Shown here piece by piece: positions 46,978-56,559 of a stretch of 64,000 bases of DNA (positions are counted from its first letter, which is position 1; every line of letters begins with the position of its first letter). Both the position numbers and the translations under genes were made by a program. Below the pieces are notes generated by a model. That model ran no database searches and was not told the origin of the DNA. It worked only from the letters and a program-made list of their open reading frames with translations. Location: assembly GCA_036149055.1 (NCBI GenBank), contig JAYZQJ010000014.1, positions 87,929 to 151,928 on the forward strand, in the 5' to 3' direction. This DNA comes from Myxococcota bacterium. Its GTDB lineage: Bacteria; Myxococcota_A; Polyangia; Polyangiales; Sandaracinaceae.

Positions 46978-47966
46978 CGCCGGGCGACCGCGCGCGTGAA
47001 TTCGATCAGCCGCTGCGCGAGGCAGTCGGGGTGGCTCATGTGCGGCGCGTGCCCGTACTCCTCGATGCGGTGCACCTCCGCGTGGGGCGGCAGGTGCTCC
47101 TCGAAGAACTTGCGGTGCTCGGGCCGCAGGATGCGGTCGGCCTCGCCCCAGACCACGAAGACCGGCATGCGGAGCTGCTCCAGCTCCTCGGGCCGCAGCA
47201 GGGTCTCCGGGGTCACGCTGCGGAGCAGGTCCTCGATGCCGGTGCGGCCGAACTGCTGGCGCACACCCCAGGCGAGCACGTGCCGCATCGGGTGCCGCCG
47301 GTGGAAGAGCCGGTCGACGAAGTCGAGCGCCTTGCCGTGGTCGGAGAGCATGAAGTCCTCGACGAAGTCGCCGAGGTCCTCCTCGTCCATCGGCGCCCCG
47401 CCCGGCGCGGCCAGGAAGAGGCCGAGCACCCGCTCGGGCCGCTCGACCGCGTAGCGCACCGCCGCCGCGCCGCCGAGCGAGTTGCCGAAGACCACCACCG
47501 GCTCGTCGAGGATCTGGTCGAGCCCCTCGCGCAGCCCGATGCCGAGGGTGTCGTGGTTCAGCCCCTCGGGCGGCAGCTCGCTGTAGCCGTGGCCCGGCAT
47601 GTCGGGCGCGATGACCCGGCGCACGTGCGGCCGGACCCGGCGCAGGATGCTGTCGTAGTACTGCCCGGACGCGCTGAGCCCGTGCAGCACGAGCACCGGC
47701 GGCAGGGCGCCCGTCCCCTTGGCCTCGATCGCGTGAAGCATGCCCACCGAGGTCGGCAGCCGCCGGCTCTCGTAGCCGCGCACCCGCATCCCGCCGAGGA
47801 TCAGCCGGTCGGCGAGGCGCGGCAGGTGGTGCAGCACCGGCGTCCGCCGCATGCCCTTGGACGCCCGCTTCGCCTCGGCTCGCTGCCGCGCGACGAACCC
47901 CTCGAACGTCTCGACCTCACGATCCATCGTCCCTGCATTAAGCACCATCGGTCGGGTCACCACCAA
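46974..47966 (-). CDS. Alpha/beta hydrolase
   Basis: LHG, PDMPGHG.S, GNSLGG, WG..D and GH.P motifs; true start may be an internal ATG. Confidence 0.88.
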   Translation of the reverse strand: MVVTRPMVLNAGTMDREVETFEGFVARQRAEAKRASKGMRRTPVLHHLPRLADRLILGGMRVRGYESRRLPTSVGMLHAIEAKGTGALPPVLVLHGLSASGQYYDSILRRVRPHVRRVIAPDMPGHGYSELPPEGLNHDTLGIGLREGLDQILDEPVVVFGNSLGGAAAVRYAVERPERVLGLFLAAPGGAPMDEEDLGDFVEDFMLSDHGKALDFVDRLFHRRHPMRHVLAWGVRQQFGRTGIEDLLRSVTPETLLRPEELEQLRMPVFVVWGEADRILRPEHRKFFEEHLPPHAEVHRIEEYGHAPHMSHPDCLAQRLIEFTRAVARR

Positions 47967-48008
47967 ACGGCGTTGCTACACGCCAGACCGGCCTTAGATC
48001 GGTGGGCG

Positions 48009-49016
48009 ATGCGGGAGGGAACCAGCGCCGTGGTGAACGAGGCCGATCCGACGGACACCGAGCCCCCCTCTGCGCCCCCTCCCACGCCGGCTCCCACGCC
48101 GGCCGCCGCCAGCACGCCCGACCCTCCGGCCGAGCCCCCGAAGGCGGCGCCCCCGCGGCGACGGCGGCGCGAGAAGGCGTGGCTGCTCCGGTGGCTCCAC
48201 CCCGACGGCCACGAGTGGGGCGCGAACATCTCCGACTACGACCCGGTGCGGGTCGAGGGCCTGCGGCGATGGCTGAGCACCGTCTTCGGGCCGCGGCGGC
48301 GCTACTTCCGGGTCGAGGTCGCAGGCTGGCAGCACGTGCCGGACGCGCCGGCGATGGTGGTCAGCAACCACAGCGGCGGCACCCTCTTCCTCGACAGCTG
48401 GGGCCTGCTCTGGGCCTGGTACACGCACTTCGGCACCGTGCGGCCCATCCACCCGGCCGCCCACGAGATGCTCTTCAGCAACCGGGTGACCGGCGAGTTC
48501 TTCTCCTCGCGCGGCGTGATCCGGGCCGACAAGAAGCTCGCCAACCGGGTGCTCACGACCTGGAAGCAGGACCTCCTGGTGATGCCCGGCGGAGACCTCG
48601 ACGTCTGGCGCCCCTACAAGAACCGCTACGACGTGCAGTTCGCCGGCCGCAAGGGCTACGCGCGGCTCGCGCTGGAGTCGAACGTGCCGGTGATCCCGGT
48701 GGCCAACGCCGGGGCCCACGAGACCCTGATGGTGCTCAGCGACGGCCGCCGCTTCGCCGAGGCGCTGCGGCTGCCCCAGATCGCCCGGGCCCACATCTGG
48801 CCGGTGCACCTCTCGCTCCCCTGGGGCCTCGCCTTCGGTCCGCTGCCCCACATCCCGACGCCGGCCAAGCTCCGCTACCGCTTCGGCCCCGCGGTCTACC
48901 CGCACCAGGTCGGCGTGACCGGCGACGGCGAGGTCACCGACGACCAGGTCGAGGCGTTCGACGCCCTCGTGCAGGGCCGGGTGCAGGAGCAGCTCGACCG
49001 CCTCGCCGGTCGCTGA
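48009..49016 (+). CDS. Lysophospholipid/glycerol acyltransferase family protein
   Basis: V.NHSGG....D, PGG, F.GRKG.A.LA....VP.IPV. Confidence 0.88.
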   Translation: MREGTSAVVNEADPTDTEPPSAPPPTPAPTPAAASTPDPPAEPPKAAPPRRRRREKAWLLRWLHPDGHEWGANISDYDPVRVEGLRRWLSTVFGPRRRYFRVEVAGWQHVPDAPAMVVSNHSGGTLFLDSWGLLWAWYTHFGTVRPIHPAAHEMLFSNRVTGEFFSSRGVIRADKKLANRVLTTWKQDLLVMPGGDLDVWRPYKNRYDVQFAGRKGYARLALESNVPVIPVANAGAHETLMVLSDGRRFAEALRLPQIARAHIWPVHLSLPWGLAFGPLPHIPTPAKLRYRFGPAVYPHQVGVTGDGEVTDDQVEAFDALVQGRVQEQLDRLAGR

Positions 49017-49033
49017 TTCCTACAGATCGGCAG

Positions 49034-49831
49034 TCATTCGGGGTCGACGAAGGACGGCGGGCGCTTGGCGAAGCCGGCGGCCACCGCCTCCATCTGGTTC
49101 GGGCTGCCGAGCAGCTCGAGCTGGAGCGCGGTCTCGAGCGCGAAGGCCTCCGAGACCGGCAGCGACGGCGCCTGCTGCCAGAGGCGCTTGCCGTTCCGCA
49201 CCGCGTGCGGGCTCTGGGCGGCGACCTGATGCGCCGCCTCGAGCGCGTCCTTCACCGGGTCGTCGCTCAGGCGGGTGGCGAGCCCGATCCGGACCGCCTC
49301 CTCGCCCGAGACCCGGCGGCCGGTGAAGGTCAGCTCGCGGGCGACGTCCGGGCGCACCAGGCCGGGCAGCGTCTTGGTGATGCTCATGTCCGGGATGAGC
49401 CCCCAGCGGATCTCCATCACGCTGAGCTGGGTCTCCGGGTGCACGTAGCGGACGTCCGCGCCGAGCGCGATCTGGAGGCCGCCGCCGAACACGAAGCCGT
49501 GCAGCGCGGCGAAGACCGGGACCGGCACCTCCTGCCAGATCCACGCGACCCGCTGGGCGAGGTTGGCGGGGCTGTCGTCCGGCCGCTCGAGGAGCCGCTG
49601 GCCCACGTCGGGCGAGCTCATGAACGCCTGGAAGTCGAGGCCGGCGCAGAACGCGGGGCCCTCGCCGGAGAGCACCACCGCGCGCACGCTCGGGTCGGCC
49701 TTCAGCGCCTTGCCGGCGTCGACGATGGCCTCGAACATCGCGAGGTCGAGCCCGTTGCGCTTCTCGGGGCGGTTCAGGGTGACGTGGGCCACGGCGCCGT
49801 CGCGGCGGGTCAGGACGCGGTCTTCGCTCAT
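49034..49831 (-). CDS. Enoyl-CoA hydratase/isomerase (crotonase) family protein
   Basis: LNRPEKRN, FCAGLD, GGGLQIALGAD.R, E..WGL.PD. Confidence 0.92.
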   Translation of the reverse strand: MSEDRVLTRRDGAVAHVTLNRPEKRNGLDLAMFEAIVDAGKALKADPSVRAVVLSGEGPAFCAGLDFQAFMSSPDVGQRLLERPDDSPANLAQRVAWIWQEVPVPVFAALHGFVFGGGLQIALGADVRYVHPETQLSVMEIRWGLIPDMSITKTLPGLVRPDVARELTFTGRRVSGEEAVRIGLATRLSDDPVKDALEAAHQVAAQSPHAVRNGKRLWQQAPSLPVSEAFALETALQLELLGSPNQMEAVAAGFAKRPPSFVDPE

Positions 49832-49885
49832 GGGGCTGATCTACCGCAGGCTGCACGCGGCCGCGAACCGATCTATGAGGGCGCC

Positions 49886-50791
49886 ATGGGCGACACCCGC
49901 AAGGTCTCCGACATCTTCGACCCCGCGCGCTGGACCGAGGTCGAGGGCTTCGACTTCACCGACATCACCTACCACCGGGCGAAGGACCTGGGCTGCGTGC
50001 GCATCGCGTTCGACCGCCCCGAGGTGCGCAACGCGTTCCGCCCCCACACGGTGGACGAGCTCTACCGGGCGCTCGACCACGCCCGCATGTGGAGCGACGT
50101 CGGCTGCGTGATCCTCACCGGCAACGGCCCCTCCCCCAAGGACGGCGGCTGGGCCTTCTGCTCGGGCGGCGACCAGCGCATCCGCGGCAAGGACGGCTAC
50201 AAGTACGAGGGCGAGGGCGGCGTCGACCCGGCGCGCCTCGGCCGGCTCCACATCCTCGAGGTGCAGCGGCTCATCCGCTTCATGCCCAAGGTCGTGATGT
50301 GCGTCGCGCCCGGCTGGGCGGTCGGCGGCGGGCACAGCCTGCACGTGGTCTGCGACCTCACCGTCGCCAGCGAGGAGCACGCGATCTTCAAGCAGACCGA
50401 CGCCGACGTCGCGAGCTACGACGCCGGCTACGGCAGCGCCTACCTCGCCCGCATGGTCGGCCAGAAGAAGGCGCGCGAGATCTTCTTCGTCGGCGGCAAC
50501 TACACCGCGCAGCAGGCGGCCGACATGGGCATGGTCAACGCGGTCGTGCCCCACGCCGAGCTGGAGACCTTCGCGCTCGACTGGGCGAAGGAGATCGTGA
50601 CCAAGAGCCCGACCGCGATCCGGATGCTCAAGTTCGCGATGAACATGATCGACGACGGCCTGGTCGGTCAGCAGATCTTCGCCGGCGAGGCCACCCGCCT
50701 CGGCTACATGACGGACGAGGCCCAGGAGGGCCGCGACTCTTTCCTGGAAAAGCGGGACAAGGACTTCACGAAGTTCCCCTGGCACTTCTGA
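49886..50791 (+). CDS. menB: 1,4-dihydroxy-2-naphthoyl-CoA synthase
   Basis: DITYHR, RPEVRNAFRP.T, FCSGGDQRIRG, GRLHILEVQRLIR.MPK, GGGHSLH.VCD. Confidence 0.96.
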   Translation: MGDTRKVSDIFDPARWTEVEGFDFTDITYHRAKDLGCVRIAFDRPEVRNAFRPHTVDELYRALDHARMWSDVGCVILTGNGPSPKDGGWAFCSGGDQRIRGKDGYKYEGEGGVDPARLGRLHILEVQRLIRFMPKVVMCVAPGWAVGGGHSLHVVCDLTVASEEHAIFKQTDADVASYDAGYGSAYLARMVGQKKAREIFFVGGNYTAQQAADMGMVNAVVPHAELETFALDWAKEIVTKSPTAIRMLKFAMNMIDDGLVGQQIFAGEATRLGYMTDEAQEGRDSFLEKRDKDFTKFPWHF

Positions 50792-50799
50792 GGCTTGCT

Positions 50800-51000
50800 G
50801 GGAGGGGCTTTTCAAGCCCCTCCCCCCCGCTGCGCCGGCACAACGAAGTGCGCTCCGGCTGCGCCTCCGCACACTTCGCTGCACCGGCTCCGCGGGGCCC
50901 CCCACCCAAGTCGCGCGCCTGCGGCGCGCGTGTCCCGCGCTCTTCACCCTCGAACAGGGCGCGTGAGCCACGCGGCTCGCGCTCGCGCTCCGCGCGAGCT
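50800..51000. other. Highly structured intergenic element (REP/MITE-like or ncRNA)
   Basis: Four successive hairpins at 50800-24, 50834-88, 50912-30 and 50975-99. Confidence 0.5.
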
Positions 51001-51138
51001 GGCCGCCCGCTGCGCTCTCGGGTGTGCGTCACCAGATCGCCGCGGGGCGAGCTGCCACGGCGTGCAAGGGATGCGTCTTCGGCGCCGGCCTGAAGAGGCG
51101 GAAACGGGCCGGCACGATGGTTGCGCTTCAGGGGGGAC

Positions 51139-52692
51139 ATGAGCTCGTCCAGCCCGCTGAAGCCCGGTGATCAGATCGGCAAGTACGTCGTCCGTGAGCG
51201 GATCGGCAACGGCGCCACGGCCCACGTGTACGAAGCCGAGCACGAGCGCCTCGGCCACGTCGTGGCGATCAAGGTGCTGCGCCCGGTCATGGTGGCCAAG
51301 ATTCAGGGTCGCTTCGACCGGGAGACCCGCGCGCTGGCCGCGATCCATTCGCGTCACGTGCCGCAGGTGCACGACGTCGGCACGCTCCCGAACGGGACGC
51401 CCTACGTGGTGATGGAGCGGCTCCACGGGCAGACGCTCGCCGAGCACATCCAGGAGCACGGGCGGCTGGCGGTGGACGAGGCCCTCGACCTCGGCGTGCA
51501 GCTCGCCGCCGCGCTCGAGGCGACCCACCTCGCCGGCTGGATCCACCGCGACGTGAAGCCCAGCAACCTCGTGCTGCACGAGGAGAGCGACGGCCGCCAG
51601 GTGCTCAAGCTCTGCGACTTCGGCGTCTGCACGCCGGTCGCCAAGGAGAAGGACGCCGGCCTCACCCTGAACGGGCAGACGGTCGGCACCCCGGAGCACA
51701 TGTCGCCCGAGCAGGCGCGCGGCCTCCCGCTCGACCCCCGCTCGGACGTCTTCGCCGCCGGCACCGTCCTGCACGAGATGCTCATCGGCTACTCGCCCTT
51801 CGAGCGGCCCGGCGCCAACGCGCACGTGGTGGCGATGGCGGTGACCCGCGATCCGGTGGAGAGCCTCCGGGCCAAGCGCGACGACGTCCCGCTCGAGCTC
51901 GACACGCTCATCCTGAAGACCCTCGAGAAGGATCCGGAGGCGCGCCCGCGCTCGGCCACCGTGCTGCGCGAGCAGCTCGAGCGCCTCGCCGCCAAGGCGC
52001 CGCGGCCGACCCGGGCGGTCCCGCGCGTGAAGGCCGCGGCCCTGCCGATGGTCGGCCGAGGCCTCGGGCGCGCGGCCCTCGGGGTCGCCGCCGCCGCCGC
52101 GGTGGGCCTCTTCGGCTACCTCTGGGTGGATGTGGGGCCGGCCGGCGCGTCGGCGCCCGACGACGAGCCCCTCGCCATCGAGGCCGAGGTCGAGCCGCCG
52201 CGCGCCGAGCGTCAGCCCTCGGCGGCCGAGATCGCGGTCGCCAACCTGCGCCCGCCCCGGCTCTCGCCCCCGTCGCGCCCCCTGGCCGCGTCGGACCTGG
52301 CCGACGAGCCCGAGCTCGAGCTGCCGGAGGCGACCGAGACGCGGGAGCGCGACGAGCCCTCGACCACCGTGTCCTTCGCCTCGAGCCGGCGCCGCCACCT
52401 GCGCGCTCGCCGCGCGATGAGCGATCCCGAGCCGGCGCCCGAGGGGGTCAGCCTCTCCGAGGTGAACCAGGCCATCGACCGCGCCCTCGAGCGCAACCCC
52501 GAGCTGACCATGCGCGAGGAGCCTCGCCCGGAGCGGAGCGCACGCAGCGACGGCGCCGCGCGCCGCCTCGGCTCGCCGCGCGCGCCCGCCGCCCGCTCCG
52601 TCCCGGCCAGCCCCTACGTGACCGTGCCCGAGAGCCCGTACCGGGATCGCCGGGTCGCCGAGGCCCGCCCGGTCCCCGGCAACCCTTTCTGA
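51139..52692 (+). CDS. Ser/Thr protein kinase with TM and low-complexity C-terminus
   Basis: IG.G....VY, VAIK, HRDVKPSN, DFG, GTP.HMSPEQ, D.RSDVFA. Confidence 0.93.
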   Translation: MSSSSPLKPGDQIGKYVVRERIGNGATAHVYEAEHERLGHVVAIKVLRPVMVAKIQGRFDRETRALAAIHSRHVPQVHDVGTLPNGTPYVVMERLHGQTLAEHIQEHGRLAVDEALDLGVQLAAALEATHLAGWIHRDVKPSNLVLHEESDGRQVLKLCDFGVCTPVAKEKDAGLTLNGQTVGTPEHMSPEQARGLPLDPRSDVFAAGTVLHEMLIGYSPFERPGANAHVVAMAVTRDPVESLRAKRDDVPLELDTLILKTLEKDPEARPRSATVLREQLERLAAKAPRPTRAVPRVKAAALPMVGRGLGRAALGVAAAAAVGLFGYLWVDVGPAGASAPDDEPLAIEAEVEPPRAERQPSAAEIAVANLRPPRLSPPSRPLAASDLADEPELELPEATETRERDEPSTTVSFASSRRRHLRARRAMSDPEPAPEGVSLSEVNQAIDRALERNPELTMREEPRPERSARSDGAARRLGSPRAPAARSVPASPYVTVPESPYRDRRVAEARPVPGNPF

Positions 52693-52693
52693 G

Positions 52694-53395
52694 TCAGTAC
52701 CGGAGAGTCGCGGACAGGCCGGCGCCGTCGGTGCCGAAGGTCGGCAGCACCGCGAGATCGACGCCGTCGTCGAGCTCGGCGTAGACCTCGACCTCCTGCT
52801 GGATGGCGGCGCCGAGGATGATCATCGTCAGCCCGCCGACCTGGAGGATGGTGTCGAGCAGGAGCCAGGGCATCCAGCCGTCGTCGAAGTCGACCACCGC
52901 CATCTGGGCGATCGGCCCGGCGACCGGGATGAGGCTCGAGTAGAAGAACGCGTTGCCGTCGTAGCTCGAGCCGGTCACCGCGCTGTCGAAGCCCATCGCC
53001 AGGCCGCCGAAGAGGCCGACGAAGATCTCGGCCACGTAGCCGCCCACGAGCAGACCGATGCCCGGGCCGAGCAGGCCCCAGGTCGGGCGGGTGACGGTGT
53101 GGGTCGGGCGCTGCTGCTGCTGGTAGACCGCCTGCGGCTGCGCGTACGGCTGCGGCTGCGCGTAGCCTCCCTGGGGCGGCGGCGGCGCGGGCTGCTGCTG
53201 ATAGCCGCCCTGCCCTTGCACCTGCACCTGCACCTGCGCGCCCACCTGGACGCACTGCCCGCCCTGACAGGCGAAGCCCGAGCCACACTCCACGTTGCTC
53301 TGGCAGTACTGCGCCTCGGCGACCTGCGCCGAGAGCGTCGTGACGCCGAACACCGTCGCCGCGACGAACGCGAGGCGAATTCCAAGCTCCCTCAT
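52694..53395 (-). CDS. Secreted/membrane protein with Gln/Pro-rich linker
   Basis: Signal peptide, short Cys module, QP-rich linker, hydrophobic segments (IPVAGP); GGAGG RBS. Confidence 0.7.
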   Translation of the reverse strand: MRELGIRLAFVAATVFGVTTLSAQVAEAQYCQSNVECGSGFACQGGQCVQVGAQVQVQVQGQGGYQQQPAPPPPQGGYAQPQPYAQPQAVYQQQQRPTHTVTRPTWGLLGPGIGLLVGGYVAEIFVGLFGGLAMGFDSAVTGSSYDGNAFFYSSLIPVAGPIAQMAVVDFDDGWMPWLLLDTILQVGGLTMIILGAAIQQEVEVYAELDDGVDLAVLPTFGTDGAGLSATLRY

Positions 53396-53519
53396 GAGAC
53401 CTCCCCGGATGACGGGAGCCAGGATAGCGGAATCGTGACCATCACGACGTGAAAAGGCCCGGACGTGGCTCCCCCGGCGCACCGACGCGCCCGCCGCCCG
53501 ATCGATTCACCGCGCCCTC

Positions 53520-53675
53520 GACGAACCTCGAACGCCCCCAGATCGGGCGCGGCGCCCTCGAAGGCGTCCCCGGCGTCCTCACCGGCATGGACGAGCGGTC
53601 CGTCGTGCCTCGGGCGCAGGAAGTCCGACGCCTCGAAGAGCGCGAGCGCCTCGGCCGGGCTCTCGTCGCACGGTG
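53520..53675 (-). pseudogene. Orphan 3' gene remnant resembling a secreted-protein tail
   Basis: Translates ...FLRPRHDGPLVHAGEDAGDAFEGAAPDLGAFE with no start or body. Confidence 0.45.
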
Positions 53676-53748
53676 ACCGAGAGCGGCCGTCGATCACCGT
53701 GCGATTCGAGCCCGCCGCCCGGCGCGGGGCCACGGCTAGGCTGCGCGC

Positions 53749-55641
53749 ATGACCCACCGCGTCGCGCTCGCCTTCGCCCTCCTGCTCCTCTCGGCGAGCT
53801 GCGATCCCGGCGAGGTCGCGCCCCTCGACGCGAGCGACGCGCCGCACGACGGCCGCGTGGAGGACGCCGGCGAGGCCATGGACGCGGCCGCGGGGGACGC
53901 CGGAGTGGTCGATCCGTGCGAGCCCGAGGTCCTGCGGGCCCGCGCGACCGGCCTTCAGCACTCCGCGGAGGAGGTCGCCCTCTGGCGCGAGCGCAGCGAG
54001 GCGGGGCCCTACCTCAGCCGCGAGGACAACGACGCGCGCGGCCTCTCGGCGGGCGCGCCGGCGAGCTGGGAGGCGATCGACGCGATGGCGCGCGCCTACC
54101 TCGCCGACCCCGAGGCGGCCGAGCGCGACGTGTGGCCGGGCCGCAACGGGGGCAGCAGCGCGTGCGGCAGCAGCTTCGTGTGCGGCATCCACACGATGAT
54201 GACCGCCTACGCGGCCCTGGTCCGCGGCGATCGAGCCCTCGCCGAGGCCGCCAAGCGAGGGGTGATGGCGCAGGTCGGCCGGCCGCACGCGATGCTCGCG
54301 CACCCCGACGCGCTCAGCGAGTGCTGCGACGACGCGGCGTGCCTCGAGGCCGATCCGGGCCTCCCCCCGGTCGGCTGCAACTCGCAGCAGCAGGGCGTGT
54401 TCGCGGAGACGCTGCCGCTGACCCGCGTGCTCCGCGCCTACGACTACACCCGTGGCTTCCCCGGGCTCTACACCGACGACGAGCGCGCCGCGATCCACGT
54501 CGGCCTCCGGCGCGTGATGGACTGGTACTACCGGGGCAACGAGGCGATGACCTCGTGCGTCTCGGAGGCGACCTACGTCGAGGGCCGGCTCGACGTGAGC
54601 GCGATCCCGGAGTGGTGCCTGCGGCCGCTCACGTGCCCGGGGCGCAACGCGGTCGAGGCCTACGCGCCCTCGGAGTGCGTGCCCTTCGGCGACTGGGATC
54701 CGGGGGTCCCTTCGTTCGAGTGCTACGGGCGAGCGCTCGCGGACGGCACTCGCGCCGACCCGCTGCTCGCCATCTCCGGCCACTACAACAACCGCCTCTC
54801 GATGCGCTGGGAGCTCGTGGTCACCGCCGCGCTCGTGCTCCAGCGAGACTACGACGACGGCCTCGCGCCTCCCGGCCTCGACGAGGCCTGGGTCTCCCCC
54901 CTCGCCGCGCTCGAGGGCGCGAAGCGGTACGTCGAGGAGTGGCTCGCGCTCTCGGCCGCGCCCGACGGCGCCGAGGGCGAGCTGGCCCGCAACGGCAACT
55001 ACTGCAACCCCGCGCAGGGCGTGCTCTACGGCATGAGCAACCTGTGGCTCGGGCATCTCTTGGCCGACGGGCTCGCGCGCCGCGGCGACGTCGAGCTGCT
55101 CGCCTTCGAGACCTGCGAGGGCACCCCGGCCACCCGCTGCGCGGACGGCGACGCGCCGAAGTCCCTCCGCTCGATGACCGAGCACCTCTTCCGGCTGTTC
55201 GCCCACGAGGAGGAGACCTACTGGGGCCGCCACGGCGACGACGCCTTCCGCCTCGACTCCATCGTCGACTACGGCGTCTTCCCGGTCACCGACGAGAGCC
55301 CGGCCCCGGTGGCCCTCGTGTGGGACGCGATCGCCGCGCCGGTGAACCGCGTGTGGGAAGACGAAGGCATCCGGACCGGCTACCTGCGGACCCGCGCCGG
55401 CACGCCCGCCTACGACTTCACCACCGCGCCGCCCTACGCCGGCCACGGCTGGAGCGCGCGCCTCTACTCCCTCGCCTTCCTCGGCGGCGTCACCTGGCCG
55501 GCGGAGGACGGAGGCAGCCTCGGCGGCTTCACCCCCTGGATGGGCCCGCACGCCACCACGCCCTCGCTCCTCTTCATGTACGGCGACACCGAGCGCGCCG
55601 CCCTCCCCGTCTACGACTGCGCCCGCGCGCGCCTCCGCTGA
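53749..55641 (+). CDS. Large lipoprotein, mostly helical (possibly alginate-lyase-like alpha/alpha fold)
   Basis: Lipobox SASC, DAG linker, YNN and GVLYG segments; fold is a guess. Confidence 0.65.
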   Translation: MTHRVALAFALLLLSASCDPGEVAPLDASDAPHDGRVEDAGEAMDAAAGDAGVVDPCEPEVLRARATGLQHSAEEVALWRERSEAGPYLSREDNDARGLSAGAPASWEAIDAMARAYLADPEAAERDVWPGRNGGSSACGSSFVCGIHTMMTAYAALVRGDRALAEAAKRGVMAQVGRPHAMLAHPDALSECCDDAACLEADPGLPPVGCNSQQQGVFAETLPLTRVLRAYDYTRGFPGLYTDDERAAIHVGLRRVMDWYYRGNEAMTSCVSEATYVEGRLDVSAIPEWCLRPLTCPGRNAVEAYAPSECVPFGDWDPGVPSFECYGRALADGTRADPLLAISGHYNNRLSMRWELVVTAALVLQRDYDDGLAPPGLDEAWVSPLAALEGAKRYVEEWLALSAAPDGAEGELARNGNYCNPAQGVLYGMSNLWLGHLLADGLARRGDVELLAFETCEGTPATRCADGDAPKSLRSMTEHLFRLFAHEEETYWGRHGDDAFRLDSIVDYGVFPVTDESPAPVALVWDAIAAPVNRVWEDEGIRTGYLRTRAGTPAYDFTTAPPYAGHGWSARLYSLAFLGGVTWPAEDGGSLGGFTPWMGPHATTPSLLFMYGDTERAALPVYDCARARLR

Positions 55642-55660
55642 CCGGCTCGGCCGCCTCCGA

Positions 55661-56296
55661 TCACGCCTCGAGCGCTCGGCGCACCCTCTGCAGCCATCGA
55701 CCGTACGCGGGCGACGTCCGTGGGTCCTCGGCGATCTCGGGGACGCGCTGCACGAGCGACCGCCGGGAGAGCGAGCGCAGATCGTCTCGACACGTCGGCT
55801 CGCCCAGCGAGCGCCACCGCGCCTCGGGCACGACCGCGTCGATCGAGGACCAGCAGCGGTCGAGCCTCGCCAACGCCTCGTCGGGCGAGACGCCGAGCAG
55901 GAACAGGGCGGCGCCGCCGGCCTCGACCACGCCCTCGACGCGGGACGCCAGCGCGGCGTCCAGCGCCTCCCACCCCGCCCGCGGCCCGAGCGTGTCGTCG
56001 ATCGGCGTTTCGGCGAAGAGCGACACCTCGAGGAGGATGGCCGTGAGATCGTAGCCCGACCGAGGATCCCACGGCGGCTGCCCCTTGCGCGCGACGAACG
56101 CGGGGAGGGGAAAGAGCTCCACCACGCGCGCGTCGAGCTCCCGCAGGGCCAGCGCCTGACGGGCCGGCAATTGGGGCAGCCCCCACGGCGCTCCCGTCTC
56201 CAGGAGCTCCGTCCGAGACAACCCTGTCCGGAGCAAGACGGTGCAGACCGCCGCGTAGTAGGCCCCCGTCAGATCCGCCCCGACGATCGTGCTCAC
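55661..56296 (-). CDS. Hypothetical protein
   Basis: GTG start preceded by GGAAG; plausible codon usage. Confidence 0.55.
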   Translation of the reverse strand: MSTIVGADLTGAYYAAVCTVLLRTGLSRTELLETGAPWGLPQLPARQALALRELDARVVELFPLPAFVARKGQPPWDPRSGYDLTAILLEVSLFAETPIDDTLGPRAGWEALDAALASRVEGVVEAGGAALFLLGVSPDEALARLDRCWSSIDAVVPEARWRSLGEPTCRDDLRSLSRRSLVQRVPEIAEDPRTSPAYGRWLQRVRRALEA

Positions 56297-56366
56297 CTTC
56301 CCGCCGCCATCGAGGGATCATCGCGTCCCTGCCTGCCGAGGCAACCCGGGCCCGGCCTTGCACGGG

Positions 56367-56513
56367 TCAGAGGTCGGCGACGCGGGTGCAGGGCGCGATG
56401 TAGGGGTGGCCCTCGGAGTCGACGCCGGTCGGCGGGTCGTAGCCGGGGGCGTCGGAGGCGACGATGACCTCGTCGATCCAGAAGTCGGTGCGGCCGGCGG
56501 CGCCGTCGGTCAT
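56367..56513 (-). pseudogene. 48-aa ORF, probable 3' remnant of a larger secreted protein
   Basis: MTDGAAGRTDFWIDEVIVASDAPGYDPPTGVDSEGHPYIAPCTRVADL*, all codons ending in G/C; below the ORF-track cutoff. Confidence 0.5.
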
Positions 56514-56559
56514 GCTCACACTCTCCCCGCTCCGCGCCGATCGCGCCGCTGATCTGCGC

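Noticed and set aside
49034..50791. Menaquinone biosynthesis cluster
   Set aside because: Only menB is present; the divergent crotonase and nearby hydrolases show no specific MenH/MenE/MenD features
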